Positions 55,113-63,560 of a DNA stretch of 64,000 nucleotides are shown here, one piece after another. Position 1 is the first letter of the stretch. Each line of letters starts with the position of its first letter. The DNA comes from Bacteroidales bacterium (GTDB lineage: Bacteria; Bacteroidota; Bacteroidia; Bacteroidales; VadinHA17), in the NCBI GenBank assembly GCA_035531395.1, contig DATKTA010000032.1, positions 146,033 to 210,032 of the forward strand, written 5' to 3'. The notes beneath the pieces were generated by a model. That model searched no databases. It was not told where the DNA came from and saw only the letters and a list, made by a program, of their open reading frames with translations. Both the position numbers and the translations under genes were made by a program.

Positions 55113-56081
55113 ATGTCAGTATTAGTATATACAGAGAATTGGGACGGAAAATTTAAAAAGCTGTCTTTTGAACTTGTATCATATGCAGCAGGTGTTGCAA
55201 AAATGACCGGTAATTCAGTCACTGCAGTATCAGTCGGCAAGGTTGATGAATCAGAGCTTAAAAAGCTAGGTGATTATGGGGCATCAAAGGTAATAAGTGT
55301 TAGCAGCGATAATCTAACTGTCCTAGATAGCCAGGCCTATACAAGCGTAATTGCCGATGTTGCCTCAAAAGAGAGATCAAAAGTAATTGTGATCGCCAAT
55401 AACAATACAGGTAAGGCAATTGCACCGAGGCTTTCAGTGCGGCTCAGGGCAGGAGTGGGCTCAGGCGTGAGCAAGCTCCCTGTAAATCTCAATCCGTTTA
55501 CAGTTTACAAAAGAACTTATTCGGGAAATGCTTTTGCACATCTCGTCATTAAATCAGACGTCAAAATACTTACTCTGGCGCAGAACTCGTTTGATCTCGT
55601 TACTTCTCAGAATGCAGCAGTGATTGAAAATGTTTCAGTATCAATTGACGGATCACTTGTAAAAACTGTGGTAACCAATGTCGAAAAGCAGACCGGGAAA
55701 ATGCTTCTGACCGATGCAGATATAGTTGTTTCAGGAGGAAGGGGAATGAAGTCACCCGATAACTGGGGCCCGCTGGTTGAACTTGCTGATCTGCTGGGAG
55801 GAGCAACTGCTTGTTCAAGACCTGTTTCGGATGAGGGTTGGAGACCTCATGGTGAACATACCGGACAGACAGGGAAGATAATTGCTCCGAATCTTTATGT
55901 GGCAGTTGGTATTTCCGGAGCTACACAGCATCTGGCAGGGATCAGCTCTTCAAAATATATTGTTGCCATCAACTCCGATAAGGATGCACCTATTTTCGAA
56001 GTGGCTCAATATGGAATAGTTGGCGATGCAATGAGAATATTACCGAAGCTTGTTGAGGCAGTAAAGGATATTAAGAGATAG
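55113..56081 (+). CDS. etfA: Electron transfer flavoprotein alpha subunit
   Basis: The C-terminal FAD-binding region has [43 protein letters not shown] and [13 protein letters not shown]. Confidence 0.95.
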   Translation: MSVLVYTENWDGKFKKLSFELVSYAAGVAKMTGNSVTAVSVGKVDESELKKLGDYGASKVISVSSDNLTVLDSQAYTSVIADVASKERSKVIVIANNNTGKAIAPRLSVRLRAGVGSGVSKLPVNLNPFTVYKRTYSGNAFAHLVIKSDVKILTLAQNSFDLVTSQNAAVIENVSVSIDGSLVKTVVTNVEKQTGKMLLTDADIVVSGGRGMKSPDNWGPLVELADLLGGATACSRPVSDEGWRPHGEHTGQTGKIIAPNLYVAVGISGATQHLAGISSSKYIVAINSDKDAPIFEVAQYGIVGDAMRILPKLVEAVKDIKR

Positions 56082-56086
56082 TAATA

Positions 56087-56133
56087 GGCTCAACGGTTCA
56101 ACGGCTCAACGGTTCAACGGCTCAACGGTTCAG
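56087..56133. repeat. 16-nt tandem repeat GGCTCAACGGTTCAAC x3 (8-nt CAACGGYT x6)
   Basis: ggctcaacggttcaac at 56087-56102 and 56103-56118, then ggctcaacggttcag at 56119-56133, starting 6 nt after the etfA stop. Confidence 0.9.
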
Positions 56134-56154
56134 AGAAACTAAGAATAGGATTTT

Positions 56155-56185
56155 GGCTCCCCTCCCAGGAAGGGTTGGGGGTGAG
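56155..56185. repeat. Second, inverted and diverged copy of the CTCACCCC...GGGAGGGG REP family
   Basis: The reverse complement ctcacccccaacccttcctgggaggggag resembles cctcaccccaaacccctctcccaggggagagggga at 29478 onwards. Confidence 0.55.
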
Positions 56186-56204
56186 TTAAAATAATACTTA
56201 ATTT

Positions 56205-57524
56205 ATGATTAAACAGATTGTTTTCGCAATAACCTTACTGATTACCCTGGGGATTTTTGTCTATACGGTCAGAAGGCTCATTAGCTTTTTCAGATTCACA
56301 CGGCCGGCATTTCCTGTGAGGGATTTTGGTAAGAGGATCATCGTCACACTCGAAGTTGCCATGGGCCAGACCAAAATCTTCCGCAAACCTGTACTGGGCT
56401 TTGCTCATGCCCTTGTATTCTGGGGTTTCTGCGTGATACTTATAGGCAGTATTGAAATGGTAATAGATGGATTGACAGGAACTGAAAAAGTATTAAAAGT
56501 ACTTGGGCCGGTTTATGACTTCCTGATGGCAACCGGAGATATTTTTGCTCTTATTATCGCTGTTGCAATAATTATTTTTCTTATCCGCCGCATCTTCTTT
56601 CATATAAAGCGCTTTGAGGGGATAGAGATGAAGAAAAAGTCTCACCTGGATGCAAACATCTCACTCACCCTGATACTGCTTCTGATGGTTTCACTCCTGG
56701 CGATGAATATTGGATATGTTGGAAATATTTTAAGTGAAGGAGGTACTGCAGAGGGAGTCTATCCTGTTGCAGCTGTGTTCTTACCCCTGTTTGGAGGAAT
56801 GAGTGCGCATAGTCTGAATATCGTGTTTGAAGCATCGAGGTGGACCCATATTCTCCTGATCTTCTTCTTCGCAAACTATCTTCCTTACTCAAAGCATTTT
56901 CATGTATTTATGTCGGTACCGAATGTTTTCCTCTCAAGGCTCGAACCGCTTGGAAAACTTCCCAATATGGATAGTGTTACCAGGGAGGTAAAGCTCATGA
57001 TGGATCCATCAACTGCATTTGCAGCGGCTCCCGAAGGGGCTCCGATAGAAAGGTTTGGTGTAAAGGATGCAGAAGATGCTTCATGGAAAAACTATTTCGA
57101 TTCATTGTCCTGCACAGAATGTGGGCGCTGCACATCTGTCTGCCCTGCAAATATTACAGGCAAAAAATTGTCGCCCAGAAAGATAATGATGGATCTCCGT
57201 GCCAGGATGAAAGAGAAGGGCCCTCTTATGGTTAAAAACGGAAGGGACTTCAGTGATAACCGGTCACTTCTGAGAGATTTTATTTCGGAAGAGGAATTAT
57301 GGGCATGTACCACATGCAATGCATGTGCTAAGGAGTGCCCGATTAACATTAATCATCCTACATTTATAGTAGATATGCGCAGGTATCTTGTAATGGAGGA
57401 AGCTTCAGCTCCCGGTGAGCTGAAGGCAGTCTTCAATAATATCGAGAATAACGGTGCTCCCTGGCAGTATTCAGCTGAAGACAGACTGAACTGGGCTAAA
57501 GACCTGGAGATTAATGTGATATAA
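56205..57524 (+). CDS. Membrane-anchored Fe-S oxidoreductase, N-terminal part of an EtfD/HdrED-like unit (TM domain plus 2x[4Fe-4S] ferredoxin motifs)
   Basis: About 6 TM helices with conserved His (FAHALVFWG, YSKHFHVF), then CTECGRCTSVCP and CTTCNACAKECP. Confidence 0.8.
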   Translation: MIKQIVFAITLLITLGIFVYTVRRLISFFRFTRPAFPVRDFGKRIIVTLEVAMGQTKIFRKPVLGFAHALVFWGFCVILIGSIEMVIDGLTGTEKVLKVLGPVYDFLMATGDIFALIIAVAIIIFLIRRIFFHIKRFEGIEMKKKSHLDANISLTLILLLMVSLLAMNIGYVGNILSEGGTAEGVYPVAAVFLPLFGGMSAHSLNIVFEASRWTHILLIFFFANYLPYSKHFHVFMSVPNVFLSRLEPLGKLPNMDSVTREVKLMMDPSTAFAAAPEGAPIERFGVKDAEDASWKNYFDSLSCTECGRCTSVCPANITGKKLSPRKIMMDLRARMKEKGPLMVKNGRDFSDNRSLLRDFISEEELWACTTCNACAKECPININHPTFIVDMRRYLVMEEASAPGELKAVFNNIENNGAPWQYSAEDRLNWAKDLEINVI

Positions 57525-57556
57525 TCTCTATGTAACTCTAAAGGAATGAACTAATT

Positions 57557-58351
57557 ATGGAAACCCGCAAAATTGAAATACCTGTAATGGCTGACCTTTT
57601 TGCCAGGGGTGAAAAACCAGAATACCTTTTCTGGGTTGGCTGCGCAGGAGCTTTTGATGACAGGTATAAGAAGGTTGTTCGTGCTTTTGCAAAGATACTT
57701 GCCCATCTGAATGTGAGTTATGCTGTACTTGGAAAAGAGGAGACCTGTACAGGAGATCCTGCAAGAAGGGCCGGGAATGAGATGTTATACCAGATGCAGG
57801 CTATGCAGGTTATCGAAATCCTTAAAATGTACGAGGTCAGGAAGATAATTACAATATGTCCTCATTGCTTCAATATATTCAAAAATGAATATCCCGATCT
57901 GGGAGGAAATTATGAAGTTATAAATTATCTGCAGTTCATAAATAATAATATTAAAGAGGGCAGGTTAAATATTGATAAGGAGTCACTTAGAGATATCACT
58001 GTCACATATCACGATCCTTGCTATCTTGGAAGAGCCAATGATATTTATGATGAACCTCGCGCCATTCTTAAGAAGCTGACAGGAGCCCTTGTGGAGATGG
58101 AAAGGAGCAAAAGCTTTGCCCTTTGTTGCGGTGCCGGAGGTGCCCAGATGTTCAAGGAGGCAGAAAAAGGGGATAAGGAGATATTTATCGAGCGGACTGA
58201 GGAGGCACTGAAGACAGATGCAAAAGTAATTGCAACAGCATGTCCTTTCTGCATGACCATGCTGACCGACGGGCTGAAATACAAGAACAGGGAAGAAGAA
58301 ATAAAGAACTTTGATTTAGCTGAACTTATAGTCCAATCACTTGAATTATAG
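57557..58351 (+). CDS. Cysteine-rich CCG-domain protein (HdrD/GlpC C-terminal-like), partner of the preceding gene
   Basis: FWVGCAGAF, CPHCFN, DPCYLGR, LCCGAGG and ACPFCMTM. It lies 32 nt after the preceding gene. Confidence 0.8.
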   Translation: METRKIEIPVMADLFARGEKPEYLFWVGCAGAFDDRYKKVVRAFAKILAHLNVSYAVLGKEETCTGDPARRAGNEMLYQMQAMQVIEILKMYEVRKIITICPHCFNIFKNEYPDLGGNYEVINYLQFINNNIKEGRLNIDKESLRDITVTYHDPCYLGRANDIYDEPRAILKKLTGALVEMERSKSFALCCGAGGAQMFKEAEKGDKEIFIERTEEALKTDAKVIATACPFCMTMLTDGLKYKNREEEIKNFDLAELIVQSLEL

Positions 58352-58378
58352 ATTAATCCAAATAATTATCTGATTAAA

Positions 58379-60157
58379 ATGGAAAATGACAAACTTTTAA
58401 AAAGCGGTGAATTTCTTGTAAGTGAAATTGATTCAAGAAGTGTTTTCATTCCCGAGGAATTCAATGAGGAACAGAAGATGATAGCTCAGACCTGCAGCGA
58501 TTTTCTTGAAGCTGAAGTTTACCCTAACCTCGATCAGGTTGAGAAAGGCGACAGGGAACTCATGAAGTCTATGCTTAAAAAGTCAGGTGATCTTGGATTG
58601 ATGGGGATATCAATACCTGAGGAGTTTGGAGGATTCGGCCAGTCATTTGTTACACAGATGCTCGTAGCTGAAACGACAGGCGCCGGTTGTTCATTCTCAG
58701 TGGCATACATGGCTCATTGCGGTATCGGAACCCTTCCTATTATGTATTATGGTAATAAGGACCAGCGTGAGCGGTATGTAACAAAGCTTACTACAGGTGA
58801 ATACCTCGGAGCATATTGCCTTACTGAACCAGGTGCCGGAAGCGATGCTAACTCGGGCAAGACAAATGCAAAACTCAGCGAAGATGGTAAACACTATATC
58901 CTCAATGGACAGAAAATGTGGATCACAAATGCCGGATTTGCTGATACGCTTGTTGTGTTTGCTAAAATAGATGCTGACAGGGTGCTCAGTGCATTCATTG
59001 TTGAAACAAAATATCCTGGTGTTGTGATAGGTCCCGATGAGCATAAAATGGGAATCAAGGGATCATCAACTGCTCAGATCTACTTTAACGATGTAAAGGT
59101 TCCTGTTGAAAATCTGCTTGGTAAGAGGGGAGGGGGCTTCAGGATAGCTCTCAGCATTCTTCATATGGGTCGTCTCAAGCTTGGTGCTAATGTAATTGGT
59201 GCAGCAAAAAAAGCCATTACCGACTCAGTTAAATATGCAAATGAAAGAAAACAGTTCGGACTCCTTATATCTTCATTCGGTGCTCTCAAATATAAAATGG
59301 CTGAACAGGTAATACGTTTATTTGCTTCTGAAGCAGCGGTATACAGGGTAAGTAATGATGTGGATAGTCTGATGAAGAAGATGACAATCGACTGCGGCGA
59401 TTACGGAAGAGCTTCCATTGAATCGATAAGCCACTACGCAGTCGAAGCTGCCATTCTCAAGGTTGTTGGGTCAGAGATGCTTGATTTTGTTGCAGATGAG
59501 GCAGTACAGATACATGGTGGAATGGGATATTCTGCTGAAATGGCTGTTGAAAGGGGATATCGCGACTCAAGGATAAACAGGATATTTGAAGGTACTAATG
59601 AGATAAACCGTCTTCTTGTCGTTGATACAGCAATGAAACGCGCAATGAAGGGCGATTTTGACCTTTTCGGAGAGGCAGAAAAGCTATGGGCAAATCTTAA
59701 TGAAGTGACAGTACCACGAAAGGATGGAGAGAGCTATTTTGAAGAGAAATACAGGTATATCAAAAACTTTAAAAAAGCTATACTGATTTGTATCAATGGT
59801 GCCAGCAAGACATTCCAGAAGAATCTTGTTAATGAACAGGAGGTTCTTAATAACATAGCCGATATGATGATGGAAACATATGTTACTGAATCACTTGCTC
59901 TGAGGATAGAGAAAATGTCAGCCATGAAGAGCGATGTTTCACTTTACAAGGACATGCTTGATGTAAATATCTCAGAGACAGCTCATCTTATTCGTAAGTC
60001 AGCTCTCGACGCGATATGCACATTCTGCACAATAGAGTCATGCCCATCGCTTATGAAGGCAATAGATGATCTTACAAAAGTATCATGTGTCAATATAAAG
60101 GATGCCAGGAGAAGGATTGCAGATAAGCTTATTGCAGATAATTGTTATAATTTCTGA
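58379..60157 (+). CDS. Acyl-CoA dehydrogenase (long, about 590-aa form)
   Basis: YCLTEPGAGSDA, MWITNAGFAD, QIHGGMGY and IFEGTNEINR blocks. Confidence 0.9.
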   Translation: MENDKLLKSGEFLVSEIDSRSVFIPEEFNEEQKMIAQTCSDFLEAEVYPNLDQVEKGDRELMKSMLKKSGDLGLMGISIPEEFGGFGQSFVTQMLVAETTGAGCSFSVAYMAHCGIGTLPIMYYGNKDQRERYVTKLTTGEYLGAYCLTEPGAGSDANSGKTNAKLSEDGKHYILNGQKMWITNAGFADTLVVFAKIDADRVLSAFIVETKYPGVVIGPDEHKMGIKGSSTAQIYFNDVKVPVENLLGKRGGGFRIALSILHMGRLKLGANVIGAAKKAITDSVKYANERKQFGLLISSFGALKYKMAEQVIRLFASEAAVYRVSNDVDSLMKKMTIDCGDYGRASIESISHYAVEAAILKVVGSEMLDFVADEAVQIHGGMGYSAEMAVERGYRDSRINRIFEGTNEINRLLVVDTAMKRAMKGDFDLFGEAEKLWANLNEVTVPRKDGESYFEEKYRYIKNFKKAILICINGASKTFQKNLVNEQEVLNNIADMMMETYVTESLALRIEKMSAMKSDVSLYKDMLDVNISETAHLIRKSALDAICTFCTIESCPSLMKAIDDLTKVSCVNIKDARRRIADKLIADNCYNF

Positions 60158-60222
60158 TAGTAATCAATCCAGGGCCTGTAAATGAGGGGAAGGGTTGACA
60201 AAAATTTTACAATTCCATTTAT

Positions 60223-60230
60223 TATCTTTG
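60223..60230 (+). promoter_or_regulatory. Bacteroidota -7 promoter box (TAnnTTTG) upstream of the M48 protease gene
   Basis: tatctttg at 60223-60230, 34 nt upstream of ATG 60264. Confidence 0.4.
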
Positions 60231-60263
60231 TACCATCCATTCAAAGTACTTAAATCTGATTAT

Positions 60264-61073
60264 ATGAAAAGGCTACTTAAGGTTTTTCTTTCACTGTATT
60301 TAATTGTAATTCTGCTTGATGCATGCACAACAGTTCCTCTAACAGGCCGCAGGCAGCTTAGTCTGGTGCCTGAATCTGATATGATATCAATGTCATTCAA
60401 CAACTATTCAGAGTTTATGAAAACTAATCCTGTTTCAACCGATAAGGCTAATGTTGCATTTGTTCAGTCAGTAGGAAGGGATATCTCAGAAGCTGTGATC
60501 AAATATTTTGCCGACAATAATCTTTCATCAAGACTCAGCGGTTACCAGTGGGAATTTAACCTTGTAAAAAATGATTCTACTCCTAATGCATGGTGCATGC
60601 CAGGTGGCAAAGTTGTAGTTTACAGCGGTATTCTTCCTTATACCAGGGATAAGAATGGTCTGGCTGTTGTTGTTAGTCATGAGATTGCGCATGCAGTGGC
60701 TCGTCATGGAAATGAGCGCATGAGTCAGGAAATGCTGGCACAGTTTGGAGGAGTTGTTCTTAGTGAAGCGATCAAGGAAAAGCCTGAACAGACAAAAGCC
60801 ATCTTTGGATCAGCGTACGGATTGGGAGCACAGTATGGCATGATGCTTCCCTTTTCACGGGAGCATGAACTTGAAGCAGACAAACTTGGACTAATTTTCA
60901 TGGCAATGGCCGGGTATGATCCCCATACAGCGATCGAATTCTGGGAAAGGATGGGTGCCATGGGAGGGCAGAAGCCCCCTGAGTTCATGAGTACACATCC
61001 GTCAGATGCAACACGCATACAGAAGATAAAGGAAGCCTTGCCCGAGGTTATGACATATTCTAAAAAGCAGTAA
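60264..61073 (+). CDS. M48-family zinc metalloprotease lipoprotein
   Basis: Lipobox LLDAC. HEIAHAVARH (HExxH). Downstream EHELEADKLG. The track ORF from 60195 is an upstream extension. Confidence 0.85.
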   Translation: MKRLLKVFLSLYLIVILLDACTTVPLTGRRQLSLVPESDMISMSFNNYSEFMKTNPVSTDKANVAFVQSVGRDISEAVIKYFADNNLSSRLSGYQWEFNLVKNDSTPNAWCMPGGKVVVYSGILPYTRDKNGLAVVVSHEIAHAVARHGNERMSQEMLAQFGGVVLSEAIKEKPEQTKAIFGSAYGLGAQYGMMLPFSREHELEADKLGLIFMAMAGYDPHTAIEFWERMGAMGGQKPPEFMSTHPSDATRIQKIKEALPEVMTYSKKQ

Positions 61074-61218
61074 TTCTCTTCCATTCTCACCTATTTTTTG
61101 TGAATATATGTTAATATCAATCTAAGGGTTGATATTTGTCAATTTTACTAATGTTAAAGAGCATGGTATAATTTGGAATTTATACTGTTGTATGGTTTTG
61201 TTGTCGGGATAAAAAAAA

Positions 61219-61226
61219 TATCTTTG
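61219..61226 (+). promoter_or_regulatory. Bacteroidota -7 promoter box (TAnnTTTG) upstream of the cytochrome cluster
   Basis: tatctttg at 61219-61226, 37 nt upstream of ATG 61263. Confidence 0.4.
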
Positions 61227-61262
61227 TGAAAAAAATAACAATATATTTTAATCCTGAAACAG

Positions 61263-61655
61263 ATGACAAAAATATTGAGGAATCTATTATTATTTGTGAG
61301 CATTGTTGTAGGAGTAGTATATTTCTCCGCCTGTGAAAAATATACCTTCCGTGTTGAAACATTGCCTCCGGCAGATACAGGAGGGTCAGATACTACCAAT
61401 TATGTATCCTTCAGTACTGAAGTTCAACTGGTTTTTAATGCTAAATGCGTATCCTGCCATAAGGGAACCAGAAATCCTGACCTTCGTGAAGGGAATTCTT
61501 ATCAATCACTGACTGATGGCGGTTATGTAACTTCACCGGCTTCTGACAGCAAGTTGTATAAAAAGTTGATTTCAAGCAGCCATTCATCAATTACAACCCA
61601 GGCTAACAAGAATACTATCTATTTATGGATAAGCCAGGGTGCAAAGAACAATTAG
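61263..61655 (+). CDS. Small lipoprotein monohaem c-type cytochrome (PSCyt1-like domain)
   Basis: Lipobox YFSAC. CVSCH at 61446-61460, in the context VQLVFNAKCVSCHKG...LTDGGYV...SKLYKKL. Confidence 0.75.
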   Translation: MTKILRNLLLFVSIVVGVVYFSACEKYTFRVETLPPADTGGSDTTNYVSFSTEVQLVFNAKCVSCHKGTRNPDLREGNSYQSLTDGGYVTSPASDSKLYKKLISSSHSSITTQANKNTIYLWISQGAKNN

Positions 61656-61685
61656 AAATAATCAAACCTGATAATACCAAAGAAC

Positions 61686-62546
61686 ATGAAAAAGATCTTT
61701 ATCATCCTTACATTATCATTAATTCTGGCACCGGTCTTTGCACAGGAAGAAGCTGCTGGCCCAGAAGCTGTAACTAATACTTTTAATACTGCCACTCTTA
61801 TTGATAATCAAACAGTTGCATCACCATACAAAGGTGGACTTGAACTACAGATACACCATAGGTTCAGCCTGATAGAAAACGTGAAGAATCTTTACGGTAT
61901 TTACGGAGCTGCAAATACAAGGCTTGGTCTGAACTATGGAATTACCGACAGGATTATGATAGGAGCAGGAACTACAAAGGATTACAAGCTTCAGGACATC
62001 CAGTGGAAGTATGCCATACTTCAACAGACAACAGATAACAGCATGCCTGTTTCACTTTCCTATTACGGGAACATGGTAATTGATGCAAGAGCTGATGAAA
62101 ATTTCGGACCTGAAGCCAGTTACAAATTTATTCATAGGATATCTTATTTTACCCAGCTTATTATAGCGAGGAAATTCAGTGAGAAATTATCATTGCAGGT
62201 AGCTCCTTCAGCATTCTATTTCAACTCTGTACCAGAATATTCTGACACAACAGGGTATAAGAATTTTAATCTTGGAATTCATGCAGGAGGCCGCTATAAT
62301 ATTGTGGGCAATCATTGCCTGATGCTTGAGTATGACCAACTCCTGATTAAGCAGGATCTTTCAGACGATGATCATCCTAAGCCAAATGTCACTTTGGGTT
62401 GGGAGATAAATACTCCGACACATGCTTTCCAGCTGTTTGTGGCAAACTATTCAAGTATTATAAATCAGTATAATTTACTTTATAACCAGAATGACCTTAC
62501 AGATAAGAAATTTCTTGTAGGCTTTAATATTACCGTACGGTTCTAA
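61686..62546 (+). CDS. Small outer-membrane beta-barrel protein (DUF5777-like)
   Basis: Signal peptide ending PVFAQ. Alternating hydrophobic/polar strand pattern with aromatic girdles. C-terminal GFNITVRF (terminal Phe beta-signal). Confidence 0.65.
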   Translation: MKKIFIILTLSLILAPVFAQEEAAGPEAVTNTFNTATLIDNQTVASPYKGGLELQIHHRFSLIENVKNLYGIYGAANTRLGLNYGITDRIMIGAGTTKDYKLQDIQWKYAILQQTTDNSMPVSLSYYGNMVIDARADENFGPEASYKFIHRISYFTQLIIARKFSEKLSLQVAPSAFYFNSVPEYSDTTGYKNFNLGIHAGGRYNIVGNHCLMLEYDQLLIKQDLSDDDHPKPNVTLGWEINTPTHAFQLFVANYSSIINQYNLLYNQNDLTDKKFLVGFNITVRF

Positions 62547-62564
62547 CCGAATAATAGTCCGGGA

Positions 62565-63539
62565 ATGAAGTTATTTATTTTAAGGATATCGGTCCTGCTT
62601 TTTATCATTTCTCTAATTTCAGCAAAAGCCGCGGGGGGTTTTAAGTTACAGACTGTTACTGACAGTCAGGATACAGCTGTTTTTGTCTCTCCCTATGAGG
62701 AGGAAAATCAGCAGTGCTTCAAATGTCACGGTCAGTCGAAGTATAGCTATATGAACGAGTCTCTCGGACGTGAGGTTAAAGCAATGATGTTTGTGGAAAG
62801 GATTATAAAAAAGAAGGACTTTTATAGGTCAAATCACAAAAGCTTCAGCTGTACAGATTGTCATTCATCAGAATATGCTAATTTCCCGCATCCGGGTGAA
62901 CTAAGGATGGAAGCGAAGCTGAACTGCATCGATTGTCATGGAGGTGATGAGACTTATCATTTTGATGCCATTACTGAGGAGTACCAGCAGAGTATTCACT
63001 TCAAACTTGAGAATGAGGGATTTTCATGCTATGGATGTCATAATCCTCATACCTACAGGATTAGCACCAGGACAAGTCATAACCTTAAAGAGACGATAGC
63101 ATATGATAATGCAATCTGTCTTGGATGCCATTCTGACTTCAACCGGTTCGAGCTTCTGACAGACCGGGAAGAAATAAATATTATCAGCAAGCATGAATGG
63201 CTTCCCAACCAGTCTTTACATATGGCAAATGTAAGGTGCATTGAATGTCATACAAAGATAAATGAGAATCTGCCTGTTGCACATCTTATAAAGCCAAAGA
63301 CCGAAGCTGTGAAGCGATGTAATGAATGCCATTCACAGAACTCGATGCTGATGGCTTCACTCTATAAGTTTGAATCCAAAGAACAGCGTAAGGATGGATT
63401 CTTTAACGGAATAATTCTTAACCAGTCCTACGTGATAGGAGCCAATAGAAATGAATATCTTAATCTGCTGAGCCTTATCATATTCGGTGGAATTATTATA
63501 GTTGTCCTGGTTCATATATATTTCAGAATTAATAAATAA
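62565..63539 (+). CDS. Heptahaem c-type cytochrome with C-terminal membrane anchor
   Basis: Signal peptide. Seven CxxCH motifs at residues 51, 96, 121, 155, 185, 225 and 252 (CFKCH, CTDCH, CIDCH, CYGCH, CLGCH, CIECH, CNECH). C-terminal TM helix LNLLSLIIFGGIIIVVLVHIYF. Confidence 0.9.
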   Translation: MKLFILRISVLLFIISLISAKAAGGFKLQTVTDSQDTAVFVSPYEEENQQCFKCHGQSKYSYMNESLGREVKAMMFVERIIKKKDFYRSNHKSFSCTDCHSSEYANFPHPGELRMEAKLNCIDCHGGDETYHFDAITEEYQQSIHFKLENEGFSCYGCHNPHTYRISTRTSHNLKETIAYDNAICLGCHSDFNRFELLTDREEINIISKHEWLPNQSLHMANVRCIECHTKINENLPVAHLIKPKTEAVKRCNECHSQNSMLMASLYKFESKEQRKDGFFNGIILNQSYVIGANRNEYLNLLSLIIFGGIIIVVLVHIYFRINK

Positions 63540-63560
63540 TAATATTTCAAAAGACTCAAA

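Noticed and set aside
56205-58351. Two Fe-S genes as a frameshifted pseudogene of a single EtfD-like gene
   Set aside because: The break falls at the natural domain boundary. The first ORF ends cleanly (TAA), and the second starts with its own ATG 32 nt later with a full CCG domain. This is more consistent with a genuine split than with decay. A comparison with orthologues is needed.
60195-60263. Upstream TTG-type start for the M48 protease
   Set aside because: It would place 23 non-signal residues ahead of a clean lipoprotein signal (MKRLLKVFLSLYLIVILLDAC), and it overlaps the -7 promoter box at 60223.
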